Positions 20,393 through 32,332 of a stretch of DNA of 64,000 bases are shown one piece after another (the first letter of the stretch is position 1; every line of letters starts with the position of its first letter). The stretch is from Macrostomum lignano (lineage: Eukaryota): positions 558,001 to 622,000 of the forward strand of contig NIVC01000337.1 in the NCBI GenBank assembly GCA_002269645.1. The letters run 5' to 3'. The position numbers and the translations under genes were made by a program. The notes beneath the pieces are model-generated. The model did not search any database. It worked only from the letters and a program-made list of their open reading frames with translations, and was not told the origin of the DNA.

Positions 20393-21603
20393 ATGCAAAT
20401 GCAGTCAGTGATGTTGTTTAGAGCGATTCTGGGTCTTCAGTTTGTAGCTGCGCTGGCGGCTGCTCAGGGTGAGTCCAGACTTAAATTAGCTCGATTTGCC
20501 GAATTCTTGCAAGAAAGTCAACCATTTTGCTCTACGCCCAACAGCAGCCTTCGAGTTCGACTTGATCGCTTCGAACGCCTCCTGTGCTGCCAGTTCGGTC
20601 ACCGTGAGCGCTCGCAGTGACATCGAGTGCGCTGTGAAATGCGCTCAAGCTGGCAGCAGTCTCTCCTACAGCTTCATCAACGGAGTCTGCGTCCTGTTCG
20701 ACAGCGCCGACTGCGCCGCATCCGATGCTGCGTCAGTGTACCGGAAGCAATTGGACGGGGGTGGGTTTGCGCTCTGCTTCAGTAGCTTCAATAGCCAAAT
20801 TTATATCTTCGGAGTCGAACGTATCGATGCTGATTTGATTTTGTATTCGTTGATTCACAACAGTACAAAAACTAACTTTACATGCAGTTCCAATACCAAC
20901 GGAGAGCTCGAGTAGCGCAGCTCCCGGGATAACGACAAGTGCTCAAATCCCCAGCTTCCCCATACTGAGTCCCGGATACCAGCAGCAGATCGGCGGCCGG
21001 ACATTCTGGGTGTTCCAGCAGCGACAGACGGGCCAGATCGCCTTCAACAGGAGCTGGGATGACTACGTTGCCGGGTTTGGGAACGCCACCGAGTTTTGGG
21101 TTGGTGAGTTCGACTTTTTTTAAAGACCTTCTTCGGTAAACTTCTAAGAAAGCAGTGAAAAATGAAGAGAATCTTTGTTCTTGGCAGGACTTGAACAAAT
21201 CCACAGCTACACTTTGGCCCAAGTCAGCAGCTTGCGAATCGAGATTTTCACTGCATTCGGCGAGTTCTACGTGTTCGAGTGGCTCAACTTCACCATCGGG
21301 GACTCCGGCACGAACTACAGGATGAACTACAACAGCTTCGTTAGCGCCAACTCCACCACCAACTGTGACTTCTTGTCCAGGGCTCGGGGCCAGCAGTTCT
21401 CCACCTTCGACAAGGACAACGACGGTGCTTCTTACAGTTGCTGCACCAAGTATGGGGGCGGCGGCTACTGGTGGGAAGCTTGCATGAACTCCAACCCGAA
21501 CGGCGTGTACTCAACTGAGACGTCCAGCTCCTCCCAGATGGCCTCGTCTTGCATCGGAGGCTACAAGGCTCTGCGGGCGATGCGGATGATGCTGCAGGGA
21601 TGA
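20393..21603 (+). CDS. Secreted fibrinogen-related protein (signal peptide, PAN/apple-like Cys domain, fibrinogen C-terminal domain), ~307 aa
   Basis: Exons 20393-20468, 20545-20760 (NAGNAG alternative 20548), 20888-21103 and 21188-21603, all phase 1. Motifs WVFQQR...FNRSWDDYVAGFG..EFWVG, LRIE, FTIGDSGTNYR, FSTFDKDND..C...GGGYWW..C..SNPNGVY. AATAAA at 21788 and 21830. Confidence 0.9.
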
Positions 21604-22074
21604 AGCCGCGTTGATCGAACCTTGAGAGACGATTGCTTTTGAGTTAAAAACTCCGACCTGCCTCTTTATTTGATTGATCACAGTGAAATATGCAGCTTAC
21701 TTATGCAACAGCTTGTCGAAATGAGCCTTGGGAATTGTTTTGAATGAAGAAGCCATTATCTTAACGCCTTTTGCAACAGCCGATCAAAATAAATTCAAAT
21801 GTACTAAATAGTGTACTGAAATTTGATACAATAAATATTGGCAGGAGAGCGGCGGGCACCATGCCGAAACGTCTTTTGCGGGACATTGTCACACAACCAG
21901 AGCTGAGCCAATTCTGCCCATTCCACTGACCCCTGAGCACATGCGAGCTGCAACCGTGTGGATACTGTGGGCACGTACTCACACTCTGGCAGGATTTACA
22001 GACAGTGGCTCTGGCTTTATATTCATCAGGCATGTACACTTGCTCTGCCTTGGAGGTGGGAGTGAGTGGAAATG

Positions 22075-25000
22075 GGGGAGGGCGATTCTCTCTGGAGTGA
22101 GGGAGGGCGATTCTCTCTGGAGTGAGAGAGGGCGATTCTCTCTGGAGTGAGGGAGGACGATTCTCTCTGGAGTGAGGGAGGGCGATTCTCTCTGGAGTGA
22201 GGGAGGGCGATTCTCTCTGGAGTGAGGGAGGGCGATTCTCTCTGGAGTGAGGGAGGGCGATTCTCTCTGGAGTGAGGGAGGGCGATTCTCTATCTGAAGT
22301 GAGGGAGGGCGATTCTCTCTGGAGTGAGGGAGGGCGATTCTCTCTGGAGTGAGGGAGGGCGATTCTCTCTGGAGTGAGGGAGGGCGATTCTCTCTAGAGT
22401 GAGGGAGGGCGATTCTCTCTGGAGTGAGGGAGGGCGATTCTATCTGGAGTGAGGGAGGGCGATTCTCTCTGGAGTGAGGGAGGGCGATTCTCTCTGGAGT
22501 GAGGGAGGGCGATTCTCCATCTGAAGTGAGGGAGGGCGATTCTCTCTGGAGTGAGGGAGGGCGATTCTCTCTGGAGTGAGGGAGGGCGATTCTCTCTGGA
22601 GTGAGGGAGGGCGATTCTCTATCTGAAGTGAGGGAGGGCGATTCTCTCTGGAGTGAGGGAGGGCGATTCTCTCTGGAGTGAGGGAGGGCGATTCTCTCTG
22701 GAGTGAGGGAGGGCGATTCTCTCTAGAGTGAGGGAGGGCGATTCTCTCTGGAGTGAGGGAGGGCGATTCTCTCTGGAGTGAGGGAGGGCGATTCTCTCTG
22801 GAGTGAGGGAGGGCGATTCTCTCTGGAGTGAGGGAGGGCGATTCTCTATCTGAAGTGAGGGAGGGCGATTCTCTCTGGAGTGAGGGAGGGCGATTCTCTC
22901 TGGAGTGAGGGAGGGCGATTCTCTCTGGAGTGAGGGAGGGCGACTCTCTCAGAGTGAGGGAGGGCGATTCTCTCTAGAGAGAGGGAGGGCGATTCTCTCT
23001 GGAGTGAGGGAGGGCGACTCTATCTAGAGTGAGGGAGGGCGATTCTCTCTGGAGTGAGGGAGGGCGATTCTCTCTGGAGTGAGGGAGGGCGATTCTCTCT
23101 GGAGTGAGGGAGGGCGATTCTCTCTGGAGTGAGGGAGGGCGATTCTCTCTGGAGTGAGGGAGGGCGATTCTCTCTGGAGTGAGGGAGGGCGATTCTCTCT
23201 GGAGTGAGGGAGGGCGATTCTCTCTGGAGTGAGGGAGGGCGACTCTATCTAGAGTGAGGGAGGGCGATTCTATCTGGAGTGAGGGAGGGCGACTCTCTCA
23301 GAGTGAGGGAGGGCGATTCTATCTGGAGTGAGGGAGGGCGATTCTATCTGGAGTGAGGGAGGGCGATTCTCTCTGGAGTGAGGGAGGGCGACTCTCTCAG
23401 AGTGAGGGAGGGCGATTCTATCTGGAGTGAGGGAGGGCGATTCTATCTGGAGTGAGGGAGGCGATTCTCTCTGGAGTGAGGGAGGGCGATTCTCTCTGGA
23501 GTGAGGGAGGGCGATTCTCTCTGGAGTGAGGGAGGGCGATTCTCTCTGGAGTGAGAGAGGGCGATTCTCTCTGGAGTGAGGGAGGACGATTCTCTCTGGA
23601 GTGAGGGAGGGCGATTCTCTCTGGAGTGAGGGAGGGCGATTCTCTCTGGAGTGAGGGAGGGCGATTCTCTCTGGAGTGAGGGAGGGCGATTCTCTATCTG
23701 AAGTGAGGGAGGGCGATTCTCTCTGGAGTGAGGGAGGGCGATTCTCTATCTGAAGTGAGGGAGGGCGATTCTCTCTGGAGTGAGGGAGGGCGATTCTCTC
23801 TGGAGTGAGGGAGGGCGATTCTCCATCTGAAGTGAGGGAGGGCGATTCTCTCTGGAGTGAGGGAGGGCGATTCTCTCTGGAGTGAGGGAGGGCGATTCTC
23901 TCTGGAGTGAGGGAGGGCGATTCTCTCTGGAGTGAGGGAGGGCGATTCTCTCTGGAGTGAGGGAGGGCGATTCTCTATCTGAAGTGAGGGAGGGCGATTC
24001 TCTCTGGAGTGAGGGAGGGCGATTCTCTCTGGAGTGAGGGAGGGCGATTCTCTATCTGAAGTGAGGGAGGGCGATTCTCTCTGGAGTGAGGGAGGGCGAT
24101 TCTCTCTGGAGTGAGGGAGGGCGATTCTCTCTGGAGTGAGGGAGGGCGATTCTCTCTAGAGTGAGGGAGGGCGATTCTCTCTGGAGTGAGGGAGGGCGAT
24201 TCTCTCTGGAGTGAGGGAGGGCGATTCTCTCTGGAGTGAGGGAGGGCGATTCTCTCTGGAGTGAGGGAGGGCGATTCTCTATCTGAAGTGAGGGAGGGCG
24301 ATTCTCTCTGGAGTGAGGTAGGGCGATTCTCTCTAGAGTGAGGGAGGGCGATTCTCTCTGGAGTGAGGGAGGGCGATTCTCTCTGGAGTGAGGGAGGGCG
24401 ATTCTCTCTGGAGTGAGGGAGGGCGATTCTCTCTGGAGTGAGGGAGGGCGACTCTATCTAGAGTGAGGGAGGGCGATTCTATCTGGAGTGAGGGAGGGCG
24501 ACTCTCTCAGAGTGAGGGAGGGCGATTCTATCTGGAGTGAGGGAGGGCGATTCTATCTGGAGTGAGGGAGGGCGATTCTCTCTGGAGTGAGGGAGGGCGA
24601 CTCTCTCAGAGTGAGGGAGGGCGATTCTATCTGGAGTGAGGGAGGGCGATTCTATCTGGAGTGAGGGAGGCGATTCTCTCTGGAGTGAGGGAGGGCGATT
24701 CTCTCTGGAGTGAGGGAGGGCGATTCTCTCTGGAGTGAGGGAGGGCGATTCTCTCTGGAGTGAGAGAGGGCGATTCTCTCTGGAGTGAGGGAGGACGATT
24801 CTCTCTGGAGTGAGGGAGGGCGATTCTCTCTGGAGTGAGAGAGGGCGATTCTCTCTGGAGTGAGGGAGGGCGATTCTCTCTGGAGTGAGGGAGGGCGATT
24901 CTCTATCTGAAGTGAGGGAGGGCGATTCTCTCTGGAGTGAGGGAGGGCGATTCTCTCTAGAGTGAGGGAGGGCGATTCTCTCTGGAGTGAGGGAGGGCGA

Positions 25001-28000
25001 TTCTCTCTGGAGTGAGGGAGGGCGATTCTCCATCTGAAGTGAGGGAGGGCGATTCTCTCTGGAGTGAGGGAGGGCGATTCTCTCTAGAGTGAGGGAGGGC
25101 GATTCTCTCTGGAGTGAGGGAGGGCGATTCTCTCTGGAGTGAGGGAGGGCGATTCTCTCTGAAGTGAGGGAGGGCGATTCTCTATCTGAAGTGAGGGAGG
25201 GCGATTCTCTCTGGAGTGAGGGAGGGCGATTCTCTCTGGAGTGAGGGAGGGCGATTCTCTCTAGAGTGAGGGAGGGCGATTCTCTCTGGAGTGAGGGAGG
25301 GCGATTCTCTCTGGACTGAGGGAGGGCGATTCTCTCTAGAGTGAGGGAGGGCGATTCTATCTGAAGTGAGGGAGGGCGATTCTCTCTGGAGTGAGGGAGG
25401 GCGATTCTCTCTGGAGTGAGGGAGGGCGATTCTCTCTGGAGTGAGGGAGGGCGATTCTCTCTGGAGTGAGGGAGGGCGATTCTCCATCTGAAGTGAGGGA
25501 GGGCGATTCTCTCTGGAGTGAGGGAGGGCGATTCTCTCTGGAGTGAGGGAGGGCGACTCTCTCAGAGTGAGGGAGGGCGATTCTATCTGGAGTGAGGGAG
25601 GGCGATTCTATCTGGAGTGAGGGAGGGCGATTCTCTCTGGAGTGAGGGAGGGCGACTCTCTCAGAGTGAGGGAGGGCGATTCTCTCTGGAGTGAGGGAGG
25701 GCGATTCTCTCTGGAGTGAGAGAGGGCGATTCTCTCTGGAGTGAGGGAGGGCGATTCTCTCTGGAGTGAGGGAGGGCGATTCTATCTGAAGTGAGGGAGG
25801 GCGATTCTCTCTGGAGTGAGGGAGGGCGATTCTCTCTAGAGTGAGGGAGGGCGATTCTCTCTGAAGTGAGGGAGGGCGATTCTCTCTAGAGTGAGGGAGG
25901 GCGATTCTCTCTGGAGTGAGAGAGGGCGATTCTCTCTGGAGTGAGGGAGGACGATTCTCTCTGGAGTGAGGGAGGGCGATTCTCTCTGGAGTGAGGGAGG
26001 GCGATTCTCTCTGGAGTGAGGGAGGGCGATTCTCTCTGGAGTGAGGGAGGGCGATTCTCTCTGGAGTGAGGGAGGGCGATTCTCTATCTGAAGTGAGGGA
26101 GGGCGATTCTCTCTGGAGTGAGGGAGGGCGATTCTCTCTGGAGTGAGGGAGGGCGATTCTCTCTGGAGTGAGGGAGGGCGATTCTCTCTAGAGTGAGGGA
26201 GGGCGATTCTCTCTGGAGTGAGGGAGGGCGATTCTATCTGGAGTGAGGGAGGGCGATTCTCTCTGGAGTGAGGGAGGGCGATTCTCTCTGGAGTGAGGGA
26301 GGGCGATTCTCTCTGAAGTGAGGGAGGGCGATTCTCTCTGGAGTGAGGGAGGGCGATTCTCTCTGGAGTGAGGGAGGGCGATTCTCTCTGGAGTGAGGGA
26401 GGGCGATTCTCTCTGGAGTGAGGGAGGGCGATTCTCTATCTGAAGTGAGGGAGGGCGATTCTCTCTGGAGTGAGGGAGGGCGATTCTCTCTGGAGTGAGG
26501 GAGGGCGATTCTCTCTGGAGTGAGGGAGGGCGATTCTCTATCTGAAGTGAGGGAGGGCGATTCTCTCTGGAGTGAGGGAGGGCGATTCTCTCTGGAGTGA
26601 GGGAGGGCGATTCTCTCTGGAGTGAGGGAGGGCGATTCTCTCTAGAGTGAGGGAGGGCGATTCTCTCTGGAGTGAGGGAGGGCGATTCTCTCTGGAGTGA
26701 GGGAGGGCGATTCTCTCTGGAGTGAGGGAGGGCGATTCTCACAGAGTGAAGGAGGGCGATTCTCTCAGAGTGAGGGAGGGCGATTCTCTCTGGAGTGAGA
26801 GAGGGCGATTCTCTCTGGAGTGAGGGAGGGCGATTCTCTATCTGAAGTGAGGGAGGGCGATTCTCTCTGGAGTGAGGGAGGGCGATTCTCTCTGGAGTGA
26901 GGGAGGGCGATTCTCTCTGGAGTGAGGGAGGGCGATTCTCTCTAGAGTGAGGGAGGGCGATTCTCTCTGGAGTGAGGGAGGGCGATTCTCTCTGGAGTGA
27001 GGGAGGGCGATTCTCTCTGGAGTGAGGGAGGGCGATTCTCTCTGGAGTGAGGGAGGGCGATTCTCTATCTGAAGTGAGGGAGGGCGATTCTCTCTGGAGT
27101 GAGGGAGGGCGATTCTCTCTGGAGTGAGGGAGGGCGATTCTCTCTGGAGTGAGGGAGGGCGACTCTCTCAGAGTGAGGGAGGGCGATTCTCTCTGAGAGA
27201 GGGAGGGCGATTCTCTCTGGAGTGAGGGAGGGCGACTCTATCTAGAGTGAGGGAGGGCGATTCTCTCTGGAGTGAGGGAGGGCGATTCTCTCTGGAGTGA
27301 GGGAGGGCGATTCTCTCTGGAGTGAGGGAGGGCGATTCTCTCTGGAGTGAGGGAGGGCGATTCTCTCTGGAGTGAGGGAGGGCGATTCTCTCTGGAGTGA
27401 GGGAGGGCGATTCTCTCTGGAGTGAGGGAGGGCGATTCTCTCTGGAGTGAGGGAGGGCGACTCTATCTGAGTGAGGGAGGGCGATTCTCTCTGGAGTGAG
27501 GGAGGGCGACTCTCTCAGAGTGAGGGAGGGCGATTCTATCTGGAGTGAGGGAGGGCGATTCTCTCTGGAGTGAGGGAGGGCGATTCTCTCTGGAGTGAGG
27601 GAGGGCGACTCTCTCAGAGTGAGGGAGGGCGATTCTATCTGGAGTGAGGGAGGGCGATTCTATCTGGAGTGAGGGAGGCGATTCTCTCTGGAGTGAGGGA
27701 GGGCGATTCTCTCTGGAGTGAGGGAGGGCGATTCTCTCTGGAGTGAGGGAGGGCGATTCTCTCTGGAGTGAGGAGGGCGATTCTCTCTGGAGTGAGGGAG
27801 GGCGATTCTCTCTGGAGTGAGGGAGGGCGATTCTCTCTGGAGTGAGGGAGGGCGATTCTCTCTGGAGTGAGGGAGGGCGATTCTCTCTGGAGTGAGGGAG
27901 GGCGATTCTCTATCTGAGTGAGGGAGGGCGATTCTCTCTGGAGTGAGGGAGGGCGATTCTCTATCTGAAGTGAGGGAGGGCGATTCTCTCTGGAGTGAGG

Positions 28001-31000
28001 GAGGGCGATTCTCTCTGGAGTGAGGGAGGGCGATTCTCTCTGAAGTGAGGGAGGGCGATTCTCTCTGGAGTGAGGGAGGGCGATTCTCTCTGGAGTGAGG
28101 GAGGGCGATTCTCTCTGGAGTGAGGGAGGGCGATTCTCTCTGAGTGAGGGAGGGCGATTCTCTCTGGAGTGAGGGAGGGCGATTCTCTCTGAGTGAGGGA
28201 GGGCGATTCTCTCTGGAGTGAGGGAGGGCGATTCTCTCTGGAGTGAGGGAGGGCGATTCTCTATCTGAAGTGAGGGAGGGCGATTCTCTCTGGAGTGAGG
28301 GAGGGCGATTCTCTCTGGAGTGAGGGAGGGCGATTCTCTCTGGAGTGAGGGAGGGCGATTCTCTCTAGAGTGAGGGAGGGCGATTCTCTCTGGAGTGAGG
28401 GAGGGCGATTCTCTCTGGAGTGAGGGAGGGCGATTCTCTCTGGAGTGAGGGAGGGCGATTCTCTCTGGAGTGAGGGAGGGCGATTCTCTATCTGAAGTGA
28501 GGGAGGGCGATTCTCTCTGGAGTGAGGGAGGGCGATTCTCTCTGAGTGAGGGAGGGCGATTCTCTCTGGAGTGAGGGAGGGCGATTCTCTCTGGAGTGAG
28601 GGAGGGCGATTCTCTCTGGAGTGAGGGAGGGCGATTCTCTCTGGAGTGAGGGAGGCGACTCTATCTGAGTGAGGGAGGGCGATTCTATCTGGAGTGAGGG
28701 AGGGCGACTCTCTCAGAGTGAGGGAGGGCGATTCTATCTGGAGTGAGGGAGGGCGATTCTATCTGGAGTGAGGGAGGGCGATTCTCTCTGGAGTGAGGGA
28801 GGGCGACTCTCTCAGAGTGAGGGAGGGCGATTCTATCTGGAGTGAGGGAGGGCGATTCTATCTGGAGTGAGGGAGGCGATTCTCTCTGGAGTGAGGGAGG
28901 GCGATTCTCTCTGGAGTGAGGGAGGGCGATTCTCTCTGGAGTGAGGGAGGGCGATTCTCTCTGGAGTGAGAGAGGGCGATTCTCTCTGGAGTGAGGGAGG
29001 ACGATTCTCTCTGGAGTGAGGGAGGGCGATTCTCTCTGGAGTGAGGAGGGCGATTCTCTCTGGAGTGAGGGAGGGCGATTCTCTCTGGAGTGAGGGAGGG
29101 CGATTCTCTATCTGAAGTGAGGGAGGGCGATTCTCTCTGGAGTGAGGGAGGGCGATTCTCTCTGAGTGAGGGAGGGCGATTCTCTCTGGAGTGAGGGAGG
29201 GCGATTCTCTCTGGAGTGAGGGAGGGCGATTCTCTCTGAAGTGAGGGAGGGCGATTCTCTCTGGAGTGAGGGAGGGCGATTCTCTCTGAGTGAGGGAGGG
29301 CGATTCTCTCTGGAGTGAGGGAGGGCGATTCTCTCTGGAGTGAGGGAGGGCGATTCTCTCTGAGTGAGGGAGGGCGATTCTCTATCTGAGTGAGGGAGGG
29401 CGATTCTCTCTGGAGTGAGGGAGGGCGATTCTCTCTGGAGTGAGGGAGGGCGATTCTCTCTAGAGTGAGGGAGGGCGATTCTCTCTGGAGTGAGGGAGGG
29501 CGATTCTCTCTGGAGTGAGGGAGGGCGATTCTCTCTGAGTGAGGGAGGGCGATTCTATCTGAAGTGAGGGAGGGCGATTCTCTCTGGAGTGAGGGAGGGC
29601 GATTCTCTCTGGAGTGAGGGAGGGCGATTCTCTCTGGAGTGAGGGAGGGCGATTCTCTCTGGAGTGAGGGAGGGCGATTCTCTCTGAGTGAGGGAGGGCG
29701 ATTCTCTCTGGAGTGAGGGAGGGCGATTCTCTCTGGAGTGAGGGAGGGCGACTCTCTCAGAGTGAGGGAGGGCGATTCTATCTGGAGTGAGGGAGGGCGA
29801 TTCTCTCTGGAGTGAGGGAGGGCGATTCTCTCTGGAGTGAGGGAGGGCGATTCTCTCAGAGTGAGGGAGGGCGATTCTCTCTGGAGTGAGGGAGGGCGAT
29901 TCTCTCTGGAGTGAGGGAGGGCGATTCTCTCTGGAGTGAGGGAGGGCGATTCTCTCTGGAGTGAGGGAGGGCGATTCTATCTGAGTGAGGGAGGGCGATT
30001 CTCTCTGGAGTGAGGGAGGGCGATTCTCTCTGAGTGAGGGAGGGCGATTCTCTCTGAGTGAGGGAGGGCGATTCTCTCTGAGTGAGGGAGGGCGATTCTC
30101 TCTGGAGTGAGGAGGGCGATTCTCTCTGGAGTGAGGGAGGGCGATTCTCTCTGGAGTGAGGGAGGGCGATTCTCTCTGGAGTGAGGGAGGGCGATTCTCT
30201 CTGGAGTGAGGGAGGGCGATTCTCTCTGGAGTGAGGGAGGGCGATTCTCTCTGGAGTGAGGGAGGGCGATTCTCTCTGAAGTGAGGGAGGGCGATTCTCT
30301 CTGGAGTGAGGGAGGGCGATTCTCTCTGGAGTGAGGGAGGGCGATTCTCTCTGGAGTGAGGGAGGGCGATTCTCTCTGAGTGAGGGAGGGCGATTCTCTC
30401 TGGAGTGAGGGAGGGCGATTCTCTCTGGAGTGAGGGAGGGCGATTCTCTCTGGAGTGAGGGAGGGCGATTCTCTCTGGAGTGAGGGAGGGCGATTCTCTC
30501 TGAGTGAGGGAGGGCGATTCTCTCTGGAGTGAGGGAGGGCGATTCTCTCTGGAGTGAGGGAGGGCGATTCTCTCTGGAGTGAGGGAGGGCGATTCTCTCT
30601 GGAGTGAGGGAGGGCGATTCTCTCTGGAGTGAGGGAGGGCGATTCTCTCTGGAGTGAGGGAGGGCGATTCTCTCTGGAGTGAGGGAGGGCGATTCTCTCT
30701 GGAGTGAGGGAGGGCGATTCTCTCTGAGTGAGGGAGGGCGATTCTCTCTGGAGTGAGGGAGGGCGATTCTCTCTGGAGTGAGGGAGGGCGATTCTCTCTG
30801 GAGTGAGGGAGGGCGATTCTCTCTAGAGTGAGGGAGGGCGATTCTCTCTGGAGTGAGGGAGGGCGATTCTCTCTGGAGTGAGGGAGGGCGATTCTCTCTG
30901 GAGTGAGGGAGGGCGATTCTCACAGAGTGAAGGAGGGCGATTCTCTCAGAGTGAAGGAGGGCGATTCTCTCAGAGTGAGGGAGGGCGATTCTCTCTGGAG

Positions 31001-31332
31001 TGAGAGAGGGCGATTCTCTCTGGAGTGAGGGAGGGCGATTCTCACAGAGTGAAGGAGGGCGATTCTCTCTGGAGTGAGGGAGGGCGATTCTCACAGAGTG
31101 AAGGAGGGCGATTCTCTCAGAGTGAGGGAGGGCGATTCTCACAGAGTGAAGGAGGGCGATTCTCACAGAGTGAAGGAGGGCGATTCTCTCTGGAGTGAGG
31201 GAGGGTGATTCTCTCTGGAGTGAGGGAGGGCGATTCTCTCTGGAGTGAGGGAGGGCGATTCTCTCTGGAGTGAGGGAGGGCGATTCTCTCTGGAGTGAGG
31301 GAGGGCGATTCGCTCTGCAGTGAGGGAGGGCG
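22075..31332 (+). repeat. 9.3-kb satellite of 25-bp unit (GGAGTGAGGGAGGGCGATTCTCTCT)n, ~370 copies
   Basis: Direct reading; 27-bp (TCTATCTGAA) and 24-bp variants are interspersed. Confidence 0.99.
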
Positions 31333-31703
31333 CTAGGATCTGTATTTTTAACTTAGACAATTCAGTCCATCAATACAGAGGGCTAGAGGTTGCTCAAGCT
31401 GCTCAAGCTAATGATCTCTGGCTCAACCAGGACGGGCCTGATTTGATTGACAGGTGCAACGCCTGACGGGACTCGCAGACAAAGGCCTAAAAATCTGACT
31501 GCATGAAAGCCTGCTGCTCACAACAGCACATGGAGCGCGCGCAGAACGAATGCGTGACATGCAAATATTCATAAAAACGAACAGAGCACATGCGGGAATA
31601 AATAATACAAAGTATAAAACAAAAAACCAGATGAAAATTGAAATAACTGAGCTAGCAGTCATCGATCCGAGCTGTAGAGCTACTCGCGGCAACATCACTC
31701 TGA

Positions 31704-32009
31704 CTGCAGTTCTCAAGTGTGCAAGTTTTCCCTGTAATCACGGATAGTCAAGGTGAGCTCCCAAATTGAGAATATTTGTGCATTCACCTGATTGCGTTTG
31801 AGTTCAGCTCTGTCGTAGCGACCGCCCCCTGCTCTGCGAGCTCGGCCAGGCCATGAGCGCTCGCAGCGACACTGAGTGTGCTTTGAAATGCGCTCAAACT
31901 GGTGGCAGCCTCTCCTACAGCTTCATCAACGGAGTCTGCGTCCTGTCCGACAAGGCTGACTGCGCCGCATCCGGAGCAAAATTTATCTGGCAGAAGCAAA
32001 GCAAAGCCG
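31704..32009 (+). pseudogene. Truncated, frameshifted paralog of exons 1-2 of the fibrinogen-domain gene
   Basis: SARSDTECALKCAQTGGSLSYSFINGVCVLSDKADCAAS is near-identical to 20605-20725. There is a 2-nt insertion at ~31848-31852 relative to the intact gene, an upstream stop in the exon-1-like piece, donors at 31753 and 32010, and no fibrinogen exons downstream. Confidence 0.8.
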
Positions 32010-32332
32010 GTGAGATTTTAATTGGTTTCGGATCCGTGTTCTAATAACCGAAAATCCAATTGATTTTGTTTTGGAATCATCTAAATCCAACAAAATTGCA
32101 GGAATTTCACCTTTGGCGGCTTCAACAGTGGATTGATCTGACATGAAGGAAAATAATACTGTCTTACTGTATAATACTGTATCTCTGTTGAACGCATTGC
32201 TACAAAAATTATTTAAGCACATTTTAAATCGACATAAGAGTTGTTGAACTTTTACAATGGATTATATTGACTTCTAGAGTCAGTGCTTCTGTATTTATTG
32301 CTGCTATTCATAATTAGCAACCTATTAATGCC

